Shown piece after piece: positions 39,059 through 48,929 of a stretch of 64,000 bases of DNA (positions are counted from its first letter, which is position 1; every line of letters starts with the position of its first letter). Both the position numbers and the translations under genes were made by a program. The notes below the pieces were generated by a model that searched no databases, was not told the origin of the DNA, and was given only the letters and a program-made list of their open reading frames with translations. Source of the stretch: an uncultured Spirochaetota bacterium (GTDB lineage Bacteria > Spirochaetota > Spirochaetia > SZUA-6 > Fen-1364). The DNA lies in assembly GCA_963781885.1 (NCBI GenBank), contig CAWAHW010000002.1:736001-800000 (forward strand). Direction: 5' to 3'.

Positions 39059-39856
39059 ATGATGCGTTTCCGTCTTTCTTTTCCCGCGGCTCTCGTGAGG
39101 CCCGACAGGACCTTTGCGAGCCGCGAGATCTACGCGATACCAAAAGTCATCCTCGTTCTCTCCCTCTTTGTCCTCTACATTGCCGGTGAGCGTCTCGTCC
39201 AGGGCTACTACCAGAACGAGCATGCAAAGACCCTGGCGCTCCTGGAGGTGGATTCCCGCATGGGCGGCTTTCTCCAGAACGCCCCCGCCCAGGTGCAGCG
39301 GCAGGCGCGCGACCAGATGCTGGACTCGATACTCGGCCGCCGCAGCGCGATGATGACGGCGTTCGGCATCGTTTCCGCCGGCGTGAGCTTTCTTCTCGTG
39401 CTCCTTGAGTCGTGGATCGTGAGCGCGGTGGCGTGCCAGTTCTTCGGCGGTCAGGAGGAGAAGACGGGCAGGGGACGCCCATCTGCCACGCTTTTCGTGG
39501 TGGCATGGTTTCCCCTGGCGCTGCGAAGGCTCCTGGCGGGCGTCATCATGGCGGCCCGCAGCCCCGATGCCGCCTCCAATGCGCTGACGCTTGCGGACTA
39601 TCGGAAGCTGAGCGCCGTCCGCTTCGACCTGTACTCCCTCCTCCATCTGCCGAACGTGGGGCCATTCCTCACGGCGGTGGCGACCATGGCGACCGATCCC
39701 TTTCTCCTCTGGACGCTCGCGATCCTCTGGTTCGGAGGCAGGGAGGTCTACCATATGCCGCTGCGGAGCGCGGTGATGCTCACCGCGGTTCTCGTCGTTC
39801 TCCTGGGGCTGCAGAGCGCGCTTCTGGGGCGCATCGGTGTTCAGTGGGAGCTGTAA
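39059..39856 (+). CDS. Yip1-family membrane protein
   Basis: 'LVRPDRTF' N-terminus, several TM helices and 'DPFLLW'; upstream of tolC/macAB-type genes. Confidence 0.7.
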   Translation: MMRFRLSFPAALVRPDRTFASREIYAIPKVILVLSLFVLYIAGERLVQGYYQNEHAKTLALLEVDSRMGGFLQNAPAQVQRQARDQMLDSILGRRSAMMTAFGIVSAGVSFLLVLLESWIVSAVACQFFGGQEEKTGRGRPSATLFVVAWFPLALRRLLAGVIMAARSPDAASNALTLADYRKLSAVRFDLYSLLHLPNVGPFLTAVATMATDPFLLWTLAILWFGGREVYHMPLRSAVMLTAVLVVLLGLQSALLGRIGVQWEL

Positions 39857-39978
39857 TGATGAAACCAGCGACTCTCAGTATGGTGACTGAATGATGCAGT
39901 TCTCATTTTGTCCCATGATAAATGACCGCTTTCTATGTGTGTCGTACACGTTCCAAACCCAAGAAGGCCCAAAATGAG

Positions 39979-40580
39979 ACAAGCCGCATCGAGCATGGTT
40001 GCAGGCTCTTGAGTTGGAGGATCCGCTGGAGCAGTTGACTCTCACCGAGTACCGCTGCCAAGTCGACGAGCTGGAGGAGAAGTGTCGGCGGATCAAGGCG
40101 GGCATCGAAGAGATCGCGGCACGTAAAAGCTATGCCGAACCTGTAGCCAAGCTGAAGGCGTTCAAGGGCGTGGAGACGCTGATCGCCTTGTCGCTTGTTT
40201 CGGAGATCGGGGACTTTCGGCGCTTTGCAGGTGCGGATCAATTCATGGCGTTTTTGGGGTTGGTGCCCTCCGAGCGATCCAGCGGAAACAAGAGGCGCTT
40301 GGGAGGAATCACAAAGGCGGGTAATTCCCACCTGCGCAAACTTCTGGTGGAGGCCGCCTGGCAATACCGCAGCTACCATCCCAGTAGCACTCGGTTGATG
40401 AAACGACGCGAGGGTCTTTCTCCATCCTTGGTCAGCTATGCCAACCGTGCGTGCAGGCGGCTAAACAAGAAATTTCTGCGTCTGCTTTTTCGCGGCAAAG
40501 CTTCTCAGACCGTGGTGACGGCGGTGGCGCGAGAGCTCTCGGGGTTCCTGTGGGGCGCGATGGTTGATCGGGTGGCTTGA
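39979..40580 (+). pseudogene. IS110 transposase, C-terminal half only
   Basis: EIGDFRRF, FLGLVPSERSSG, GGITKAGN, LVEAAW and AVAREL motifs; the N-terminal DEDD RuvC-like domain is absent. Confidence 0.9.
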
Positions 40581-40589
40581 GGAGGCTGC

Positions 40590-40770
40590 GTATGCAATCG
40601 AGGCAACCGGGACGGATGGGGAAGGTTCGTGGCGAACGGAGAATCCTCGAGCGGTTCTGCAGGCAGACTATGGTCTGATCCTGGTAATGAGACGGAGGCA
40701 AGCTCCTGACGATCACATTGGCCTGCGGTAACCAATCCACGCATATCAGACTGGTCGATCGTCGGTTATG
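40590..40770 (+). ncRNA. Predicted IS110 bridge RNA (boundaries approximate)
   Basis: Two stem/internal-loop modules whose loop segments match the insertion target and the IS right end. Confidence 0.7.
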
Positions 40771-40875
40771 CCCTTCTCCATCTCTTCGGGTTGGCCTCGA
40801 TGTTCAGAAGGAGTTCTAAAGAAAAAAGGAGGCTTTTAGAGCTTGACGGGGGCACATCATATCAGAACTGCTGTG

Positions 40876-42456
40876 ATGAAACGTGTCCTCTTGACGTGCA
40901 TCGCGGCGGCGCTTGCGCTGCCGGCCCTTTTTGCCGACGACGCGGCGACGCCGCAGACTCTTTCACTCGGCGATCTGCCTGCCCTGGTGCTCGGTCACGA
41001 CACGGGCGCCGCGATCTCGGCGCAGACCACGCAGTTCGCCCTCCACACCTACCGGGGAGCCATCGCGCAGGCCCTTCCCCAGATCGACTTCACCTCCAAC
41101 TATTCCCTCGCCTATACGCCCCTGTACGAGTCGGAATCGATCAGCCTCGGAGTCCCCCCGTACGGCTTCGGGATAGACGACACGAAGACGCAGGACCAGG
41201 GGAATCACTTCCTGGACACGAAGCTTTCCCTGTCGCAGCTCCTGCCCACGGCGGGCAACCTCTTCTTCAGCCTCGAAAACAGCATGACGATCAGCGCCGT
41301 CGGCAGCCAGACGGTGAACGGCATCGCCGTGACCACGGCCGACACGCAGTTCAGCGAGAAGCCGAAGGTGAGCCTCAACCTCACGCAGCCGCTTCTCCTC
41401 AATGGCAAGCTGATCGACTTCGACCTCTTTCCCGCAACGCTCCGCAAGGCGGAGCTGGGCTATCTCGAGCAGGACGCCGCGGACATGGCGCAGAGGAACC
41501 AGCTCGTGGGTCAGGCCGTGCAGAGCTATCTCGCGGTCATCCAGCTTCGCCGGAATGTCGCCCAGACGCAGAAGAGCATCGACGTGACGCAGGGCAATCT
41601 CGACGTGATGGAGAAGAACTACTCGCTGGGGCTCGTGGCGGAGCCTGACCTGCTGGACGCGCGCATCGGCCTTTCCCGTCAGAAGCAGGCGCTCCTGGAG
41701 CTCTCCTCCACGCTCGCGAAGACCGAGCGCCTGCTCGCACACGCAATCGGCAGGACCGACGTTGCAGCCGTCGTGTTCTCGGAGGACATCCCGCCGCTCG
41801 CCTTCGGCCTCGGCCGCGAGGAGGCAGTGGCGCGGGCCTTCAGCGGTCACCCGCTCCTCCGTCAGAAGGGGCTCACCGCGGAGGAAAGGCGCCTGGACAC
41901 GATACTCGCCGGGCAGCAGTATGCCTCCACGCTGTCCCTTTCATTCTCCTGGTCGCCCCGTTACCCCTTCACCACGAACACGCCGTACATGACGGACTTC
42001 AACTCGTCGTTCTCCGATCTGTTCAAGACGGGCGCGGGAAACGATTACTCCCTCGCCGCGGGTCTCACGATCCACCTCTATGATGGCGGCAGCCAGAGGG
42101 AGGGTCTCGCGGGCCAGGCGGCGCTCGGTGCGGCCGCGGACCAGGGTCTGGTTGCCCAGAGGCAGGAGGTGCAGGACCAGGTGGAGCTGGACCTCCTGGA
42201 AATGGCGAGTCTCCAGGAAAAGGTGGCGCTGCTGGAAGAATCGGCGCGGCTGGACGAGCGGCGGCTCTCGACGGAGCAGAGCCTGCTCGCGTTGGGCAAG
42301 TCAACCGAGCTTGCGGTGGAGTCGAAGGCTGCCGACGTCGATGCCGGGGCAAACGAGCTGTGGCGCGCGCGGGCGGATCTCTATCTCACGATTCTGGACC
42401 TGCATTCCCTCACGGGGGATGACGTGGCGAAGATCGTCCAAGGAAACGGGAAATGA
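40876..42456 (+). CDS. TolC family outer-membrane efflux protein
   Basis: Signal peptide, 'LNLTQPLL' and two OEP-like helical repeats; operon context. Confidence 0.85.
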   Translation: MKRVLLTCIAAALALPALFADDAATPQTLSLGDLPALVLGHDTGAAISAQTTQFALHTYRGAIAQALPQIDFTSNYSLAYTPLYESESISLGVPPYGFGIDDTKTQDQGNHFLDTKLSLSQLLPTAGNLFFSLENSMTISAVGSQTVNGIAVTTADTQFSEKPKVSLNLTQPLLLNGKLIDFDLFPATLRKAELGYLEQDAADMAQRNQLVGQAVQSYLAVIQLRRNVAQTQKSIDVTQGNLDVMEKNYSLGLVAEPDLLDARIGLSRQKQALLELSSTLAKTERLLAHAIGRTDVAAVVFSEDIPPLAFGLGREEAVARAFSGHPLLRQKGLTAEERRLDTILAGQQYASTLSLSFSWSPRYPFTTNTPYMTDFNSSFSDLFKTGAGNDYSLAAGLTIHLYDGGSQREGLAGQAALGAAADQGLVAQRQEVQDQVELDLLEMASLQEKVALLEESARLDERRLSTEQSLLALGKSTELAVESKAADVDAGANELWRARADLYLTILDLHSLTGDDVAKIVQGNGK

Positions 42457-43754
42457 AACGACGACGGGTCCTGTATGTGATCGGTGCAATCATCGTCCTC
42501 ATCGCCGCCGTGGTGATCCTCAACTTCACGCTGAAGGGGAGCAAGTACGATACGGCCATCCCGGTGCGCGGCTACGTGGCGGCAAAGGGGAGGCTGGAGG
42601 ACCGGGTGAGCGGCGACGGCACCTTCAAGGCCCGCAGCACCGTCACGGTGGTCGCGCAGGTCTCGGGCGAGGTGAAGACCATACCCGTGGATGAGAACTC
42701 CATCGTCCAGGAGGGCACGGTGCTCGTGACCCTCCGCGATGACGACTATGCCCTCTCCGTGCAGAAGATGAAGGCGTCGCTCGACTCCACGCGCCGCAGC
42801 ATCCAGCAATCCCTGGTCACCCTGCGGGCCCAGTACAGGAGCGCGGTCTCATCTCTTTCCGATGCCCAGCGCACCTTGGACAAGAACAAGGAGCTTTTCG
42901 CGACAAAATCCATTTCGGAAGAGGTCTACCAGCACTCCTCCGACGCGCTTGCCACCGCGAAGGTGAGCTGGCAATCGGCGCGCGAGCAGCTCGACCTGCG
43001 CTGCGATCTTCCGCTGGACGCGGAACCGCCCCTGGACGGCTCCCACGATGCGCAGGTGATCGAGGCGTCACCCGAGGTGGAGCAGGCGCTGCTCTCCCTG
43101 CGCTCGGCGGAGGACAGCGTGGCGCGCTGCACCATCACCTCACCCGTCGCGGGAACCGTCACGAAGGTGATGCCGTCCGTCGGCGACATGGTCGCGCCGA
43201 ATACCCAGCTCGTTCGGGTGGAGGACCTGGGCGACATGCAGGCGGAGATACAGATCGACGAGGTGGACATCGGCAAGATCCACCTCGGCCAGCCCGCCGA
43301 GATCACGAGCGATTCGCTCATCGGCCTCACGCTGCACGGCGCCGTGGAGACCATCGCGCCGACCATCACGAGCCTCGGGTCCACCCGCGTGAGCCTCGTC
43401 GACCTGCGCATCGATCGCCGCGCGATTCTCAACCCGGCGACCGTGACGCTGCGCTCGGGGGCGTCGTGCACGGCGCGCATCACCACGAGCATCACGGAAG
43501 ACGCGCTCCTCATCCCGCTTTCGGGCTTTCTCGCGGAAGAGAACGTCAACTCGGTGTTCCTCCTCACGTCGACGGGCCGCACGTCCCCGGCCGGCCAGGA
43601 CATCTACCTCGTCACGAAGCGCGACGTGACGATCGGCGCGAGCGACGTGAACAACGTGGAGGTGACAAAGGGTCTTGCCGCGGGCGACACCATCGTCGCG
43701 GGCAACCTGAAGCTGATCCGGGACGGCATCCTCGTGACGCTCCGTCAGGACTGA
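42453..43754 (+). CDS. MacA-like periplasmic adaptor subunit
   Basis: TM anchor, lipoyl halves ([15 protein letters not shown]) and IDEVDIGKI. Confidence 0.92.
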   Translation: MKRRRVLYVIGAIIVLIAAVVILNFTLKGSKYDTAIPVRGYVAAKGRLEDRVSGDGTFKARSTVTVVAQVSGEVKTIPVDENSIVQEGTVLVTLRDDDYALSVQKMKASLDSTRRSIQQSLVTLRAQYRSAVSSLSDAQRTLDKNKELFATKSISEEVYQHSSDALATAKVSWQSAREQLDLRCDLPLDAEPPLDGSHDAQVIEASPEVEQALLSLRSAEDSVARCTITSPVAGTVTKVMPSVGDMVAPNTQLVRVEDLGDMQAEIQIDEVDIGKIHLGQPAEITSDSLIGLTLHGAVETIAPTITSLGSTRVSLVDLRIDRRAILNPATVTLRSGASCTARITTSITEDALLIPLSGFLAEENVNSVFLLTSTGRTSPAGQDIYLVTKRDVTIGASDVNNVEVTKGLAAGDTIVAGNLKLIRDGILVTLRQD

Positions 43755-43756
43755 CG

Positions 43757-44470
43757 ATGATCCAGCTGGAGGCGATCACGAAGGTCTACCACATGGGCAA
43801 GCTGGACGTGCCGGCGCTGCGCGGCGTCACGCTGCGCGTGGAGGAGCACGAGTTCGTCGCCATCATGGGACCCTCCGGCTCGGGCAAGTCCACGCTCATG
43901 AACATCATCGGCTGTCTCGATCGCCTGTCGGAGGGCAGCTATGTCCTGGACGGCATCGACGTCTCGCGCATGGCCGACAATGACCTCGCCGAGGTGCGCA
44001 ACCGCAAGATCGGTTTCGTCTTCCAGACCTTCAATCTCCTCCCCCGCATGACGTCGCTGCGCAACGTGGAGCTCCCCCTCATCTACAGCGCCGTCTCCAA
44101 GCGGGAGCGCCGCGACAGGGCCATGACGGCGCTGAAACAGGTGGGCCTGGAGAACCGCGCGCTCCACCGCCCGAACGAGCTTTCCGGCGGCCAGCGCCAG
44201 CGGGTGGCCATTGCGCGCGCGCTCATCAATCGTCCCGCCATCCTCCTTGCCGACGAGCCGACGGGGAACCTCGACTCGAAGACCGGGGAGGAGATCATGG
44301 CAACCATCCAGGACCTCAACGACCAGGGGGCCACCATCATTCTCGTCACGCACGAGCCGGACATCGCGGCCTGCGCGCGGCGCATCGTCGCCATTCGCGA
44401 CGGCCTCGTGACGCGCGACGAGCCGGTCGCGCACCGGACGCTGCACTCCGTTGGCGGCTTCGAGTCATGA
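43757..44470 (+). CDS. ABC transporter ATP-binding protein (MacB/LolD family)
   Basis: [27 protein letters not shown] and ADEPTGNLD. Confidence 0.95.
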   Translation: MIQLEAITKVYHMGKLDVPALRGVTLRVEEHEFVAIMGPSGSGKSTLMNIIGCLDRLSEGSYVLDGIDVSRMADNDLAEVRNRKIGFVFQTFNLLPRMTSLRNVELPLIYSAVSKRERRDRAMTALKQVGLENRALHRPNELSGGQRQRVAIARALINRPAILLADEPTGNLDSKTGEEIMATIQDLNDQGATIILVTHEPDIAACARRIVAIRDGLVTRDEPVAHRTLHSVGGFES

Positions 44471-45684
44471 ACGTCACCGAGGGTTTCCGCGAATCCTGGG
44501 ACACCATCCGCCACAACCGCCTGCGCACCATCCTCACCATGCTCGGAATGAACATCGGCGTCGCCTCCGTGATCGCCGTGATGGCGACGGGTCTCATGGG
44601 GCGCGGTGCCATCATGAAGGGCATCGAGAACATCGGCTCCAGCCTCCTCTGGGTGCAGGCGGCGCGGGATTCCTACCCCACGGGTCGCGATATCACCTAC
44701 TTGAAGCCCGTGGACCTGTCGACGCTCGCCACGATCGTGCAGGACGCATGGATATCGCCCAACCTGCGCGCGAACTATTCCATGGGATACCGCGGCGACC
44801 AGGAGATGTCCTCCGTCTACGGCGTATGGCCGGACTACCAGCGCATGTGGGGGAGGGCGCTGCAGGCCGGACGCTCCATCAGCAAGGAGGACGTGGACCA
44901 GCGCCGACGCGTCGTGGTCCTGGGCATGAACACCGCGCGCGCGTTCTTTCAGACCGAGGACGCCGCCCTTGGCAACAGCGTGAGCTTTGCCGGCAAGGAT
45001 TTCACCGTGATCGGCGTCATGGCGAAGAAGGAGAGGTCCCCCGTGGACGACGGCTCCGACGACGACACCGCGTACGTACCCTACGAGATACTGTCGGATG
45101 TCACGAACTGGGACCAGTACGGCGGCCCCCGGATCATGCGCATCTATCTCAAGGTCCATGACATGGCGGACCTCGACTTCGTCTCCGGGCAGATCGACCA
45201 GTACCTCGATCACAAGTACGGCAAGGTGGAAGGGAAGCCCCGATTCGTCGTGAAGAAGGCGGAGGACAGCATCCAGACCACCAACAAGGTCTTCGACATC
45301 ATCACGACCGTCATCACGCTGATCGCCGGCATCTCTCTGGTGGTCGGGGGCATCGGCATCATGAACATCATGCTCATCACGGTCACCGAGCGTACGCGCG
45401 AGATCGGCATCCGCAAGGCGCTGGGCGCCAAGCGCCGCGACATCCTCGCCCAGTTCCTCATCGAGTCGATCATCATCTGCCTCATCGGCGGCGGCGTCGG
45501 CATCCTCTTCGGCATCGGCATCACCGCGATCATCTCCGTGGCCCAGAAATGGGAGTACCTTCTTCCCTGGGCCGCCATCATGCTCGGGCTCGGGGTCTCC
45601 ATCGGCATCGGGCTCTTCTTCGGCATCTACCCGGCGCTGAAGGCGGCCCGGCTGGACCCCGTCGTGGCGCTGACGAAGGAGTAG
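44467..45684 (+). CDS. MacB/FtsX-type ABC permease
   Basis: [26 protein letters not shown] and [10 protein letters not shown]. Confidence 0.93.
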   Translation: MNVTEGFRESWDTIRHNRLRTILTMLGMNIGVASVIAVMATGLMGRGAIMKGIENIGSSLLWVQAARDSYPTGRDITYLKPVDLSTLATIVQDAWISPNLRANYSMGYRGDQEMSSVYGVWPDYQRMWGRALQAGRSISKEDVDQRRRVVVLGMNTARAFFQTEDAALGNSVSFAGKDFTVIGVMAKKERSPVDDGSDDDTAYVPYEILSDVTNWDQYGGPRIMRIYLKVHDMADLDFVSGQIDQYLDHKYGKVEGKPRFVVKKAEDSIQTTNKVFDIITTVITLIAGISLVVGGIGIMNIMLITVTERTREIGIRKALGAKRRDILAQFLIESIIICLIGGGVGILFGIGITAIISVAQKWEYLLPWAAIMLGLGVSIGIGLFFGIYPALKAARLDPVVALTKE

Positions 45685-45687
45685 GCG

Positions 45688-46920
45688 GTGCGGCTGATCT
45701 CCCTCTTCGAGGAGGCGTGGCTCGCGATACGGACCAACAGGTCCCGCACCGCCCTCACCATCCTGGGCATCGTGATCGGGGTCGGCTCGGTCATCTCCGT
45801 GGTCGGCGTCGGTGAAGGAGCCAAGCGGGTCGTGGGGGACCTTCTCGGGCAGTTCGGGTCCACCTCCATCATCGTGGCGCCCAATTTCACCGCCATCCGC
45901 GAGAGCAAGGGAAAGTTCCGTTTCGAGGAGATCTCGCGGGACGACATCGAGACGATCAACACCCGCGCGCCCGCCGTCCGCGGCGTCACGCCGCAGATCC
46001 AGATGGATGCCGAGGTGAAGTACGGGGACACCACGGAGAAGGCGACGCTCTTCGGCACCATGCACCAGTACCTCTCCGCGAGCAAGCTCTCCCTGCGCCG
46101 GGGTCGTTTCCTCGATCCCGATGACGACACGTTCATGAGAAAGGTCGGCGTGCTGGGCGCCGATCTTGCCCAGAATCTTTTCGGCGCGGACAACCCCGTC
46201 GGCAAATACGTGCGCATCAACAATATCGTCGAGGTCGAAATCATCGGCGTTCTGGAGAAGGAGGAAAAATCCTTCATCTCCACGGTCTCTGATTTCGACA
46301 CGTCCAACAACAACCGCCTTTTCGTCCCGTCCTCCGCCATCGAGCGGGTGGGCGGGAGCTCGCAGGTGTACTTCCTCATCGGTGAGGCGGTGTCCGAAGA
46401 CCGCATCGACGAGGCGAAGCAGCAGATCATGGCCATCCTGGACAAGAGCCACGGCAAGTGGAGCGGCACGGTGGAGAAGTACTTCGTGCAGGAGATGGGC
46501 CAGGTGCTCGCGATGATCGACACGGCCACGAGCACGCTCACCACCGCCATTTCCATCATCGCGGGCATCGCGCTCCTGGTGGCCGGCATCGGGATCATGA
46601 ACATCATGCTCGTCTCGGTGAAGGAGCGCACCCGGGAGATCGGCGTGCGCAAGGCGCTGGGCGCCCGGCAGTCATCGCTGCTCAACCAGTTCCTGCTGGA
46701 GACGCTCATTCTCTGCGGCGGCGGGGGTCTGTTCGGGGTCGGCTTCGCGGTCGCCGCCATCCAGCTCGTCGCATCGCTGTCAAAATGGCCCGCCGTTATT
46801 TCCCTCAGCGTCATCGAGCTGGCCGTCATCCTTTCCCTCGTGACGGGTCTCATCTTCGGCCTGTATCCGGCAAGCCGCGCGGCAAAAATGGATCCCGTTG
46901 AGGCGCTGCGCTACGAATAG
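45688..46920 (+). CDS. MacB/FtsX-type ABC permease (second paralog)
   Basis: [27 protein letters not shown] and DPVEALRYE. Confidence 0.93.
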   Translation: MRLISLFEEAWLAIRTNRSRTALTILGIVIGVGSVISVVGVGEGAKRVVGDLLGQFGSTSIIVAPNFTAIRESKGKFRFEEISRDDIETINTRAPAVRGVTPQIQMDAEVKYGDTTEKATLFGTMHQYLSASKLSLRRGRFLDPDDDTFMRKVGVLGADLAQNLFGADNPVGKYVRINNIVEVEIIGVLEKEEKSFISTVSDFDTSNNNRLFVPSSAIERVGGSSQVYFLIGEAVSEDRIDEAKQQIMAILDKSHGKWSGTVEKYFVQEMGQVLAMIDTATSTLTTAISIIAGIALLVAGIGIMNIMLVSVKERTREIGVRKALGARQSSLLNQFLLETLILCGGGGLFGVGFAVAAIQLVASLSKWPAVISLSVIELAVILSLVTGLIFGLYPASRAAKMDPVEALRYE

Positions 46921-47022
46921 CGCAACGCGGTCGCTCCTGGCGACATTTTGGCCTCAACGAGGGCGGCAGCTGTTTCGTAGAAACGGCGGGAGCCCAGGCC
47001 CCGCGCTGCGCTACGAATAGCG
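46903..47022 (+). repeat. 20-bp direct repeat duplicating the permease 3' end
   Basis: GCGCTGCGCTACGAATAGCG at 46903-46922 and 47003-47022. Confidence 0.85.
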
Positions 47023-47122
47023 GCCTGAAAGGCCGCCACGGCGGGCGTCTTTTTACGTTGACGGCGGCCGGCTGATTGCGCCTATACTTCCTGGTAGCTC
47101 GTCATTCTCTGGGAGGGGAACG

Positions 47123-48876
47123 ATGGCCGAACAGCTCATTGCTCAAGAATTTGCCCTTCATCAAGGTGCTTCCTGCCTGGGCACAGGAGCTCTCGTACAA
47201 GTACTGCTCGAAGACCGCCAACCTCTATCTCCTGTCCGGCAACATCCGCGACTTCATGCCGCACAAGATGAAGGAAGGCGAGTTCAACTTCGTGAAGATC
47301 CAGGACTACGTCTCCGAGGTCCTCTTCGGCAACCGCGACATCATCTGCTTCTACGACCGCTCCTCGGGCGTGAGCTTCTGCAAACCCGAGATGAAGAAAG
47401 ACTACTTGATGCACATGCGACAGCTCGCGCCAAAGGCCACGCCGGGCTCGCTCCTGTCGCGCAACCCCGTGAAGGCGCTGGCGAATCTCGAGAGGTACTT
47501 CTACGCCAACATCAAGAACAACAAGCGCATCGTGCTCATCATCGACTATTCGGAGACCGTGGTGCCGAACACCGACATCTCCCGCTACACCGACGAGGAC
47601 CGCTACTGCCTGGTGACCCTCAACCGCTGGGCCAATGACCCGATCTTTACGCAGGGCGACGTCTCCATCCTCCTCCTCACGGAAAATCTCTCCGACATCA
47701 ACCCGACCATCGTCCGCTCGCCGAGCGCCATCAAGGTGAACATCCCCATCCCCGATGAAAGGGTGCGGGAAAGCTTCCTGCACTTCCTCGACAGGAGCGG
47801 CAAGCTGCTCCTGGAGCAATCCCTCACGATCCCCGAGTTCGCGGGCATCACGAGCGGTCTCAACCTGGTGAACCTCAACCAGCTCGCCGCGGAGAGCTTC
47901 CAGGAGGACCGGGAGATCAACCTCGGCTATCTGAAGGAAAAGAAAAAGCAGATCATCGAGGCCGAGGCCGTGGGGCTGCTGGAGTTCATCGAGAGCGAGC
48001 ACGACCTGGCGGCGGTGTCCGGCCACGATTTCGTCAAGAAGCGTTTCCGCAGCGCGGCAAAGGCCATCCGCGAGAGCAGGTTCGACGTGTTGCCCATGGG
48101 ATACCTGATCGCCGGGCCTGTTGGCACCGGGCAAGAGCTTCATGGTCACCGCCTTTACCGGAGAAATCGGCATCCCCATCGTGAAGTTCCGCAACTTCCG
48201 TTCCAAGTGGCAGGGCGTCACGGAGAGCAACCTGGAAAAGATCCTCAACATCCTGAAGGCAATGGCTCCGGTGGGAGTCATGATCGACGAGGCGGACGCG
48301 TTCCTCGGCGACCGCAACCAGGATGGCGACTCCGGCACGAGCAACCGCATCTTCGCCCAGATCGCCTCCTTCATGGGCAATACGGAATACCGCGGCAAGA
48401 TCATCTGGTTCCTCATCACCTGTCGGCCCGATCTCCTGCCCATCGACTTGAAGCGCCAGGGCAGGGCGGAGGAGCACCTCGCCCTCTTCTACCCCGACAC
48501 CATCGAGGAGAAGGAGGACCTCTTCTCGACGTTGGTGAAGAAGCTCGCCCTGCGCATGCAGAAAACGAATGTGGCCGAGCTCTTCCGCCGGTACAAGTAC
48601 GACTTCTCGGGAGCCGACCTTGAATCCGTCCTGATCCGCGCGAAGTTCCTCTCCGCGATGAACAACCATGTCTTCATCACCAAGGGAGACCTGGAGGAGA
48701 CAATTCAGGACTTCATGCCTCCCGCGTATCCGCACGAGATCGAGCTGCAGAACCTCGTGGCCGTGCTCGAGTGCACGAGCCGCGAGATGGTCCCCCGGCG
48801 TTTCCGTGACATGACGCGCGACAAGCTGGTGACCGAGATCAAGCAGCTGAAGGTGCTGCTGCACGAGAGGGAGTAG
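47123..48876 (+). CDS. AAA+ ATPase (Ycf46-like); apparent +1 frameshifts at ~47128 and ~48130
   Basis: Walker A G-P-V-G-T-G|K-S is split by the frameshift; Walker B VMIDEAD; RPDLLPIDLKRQGR. Confidence 0.85.
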
Positions 48877-48929
48877 CGGCCGTGCCCCGGCCTTGATTTC
48901 ATACACCGCCACCGTCACACTCCGGGGCA

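Larger units (their letters stand above)
39979..40865 (+). mobile_element. IS110-family element, left end deleted
   Basis: Bounded by AG cores (39977-39978 and 40864-40865); contains a transposase fragment and 3' non-coding region; right end TTGACGGGGGCACATCATATCAG. Confidence 0.85.
39866..40873 (+). mobile_element. MITE copy 1 (121 bp when empty), interrupted by an IS110
   Basis: Ends CAGCGACTCTCA...TGAG|AACTGCTG, flanked by the 9-bp duplication TGATGAAAC (39857-39865 and 40874-40882). Homologous to 63560-63680. Confidence 0.85.

Noticed and set aside
39896-39978. Integron attC site targeted by an IS1111-type element
   Set aside because: No RYYYAAC...GTTRRRY boundaries and no integrase or cassettes; the 9-bp duplications point to a MITE.
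40843-40871. Hybrid promoter for tolC formed by the IS110 -35 box
   Set aside because: TTGACG is present, but the sequence 16-18 bp downstream (AACTGC) is not -10-like. It more likely serves the circle-junction promoter.
46923-47002. Hammerhead ribozyme or tRNA
   Set aside because: No CUGANGA core and no cloverleaf or TTC loop.
48115-48140. Programmed ribosomal frameshifting in the AAA ATPase or the other split genes
   Set aside because: No slippery heptamer or stimulatory element is evident; the pattern fits single-base read errors.
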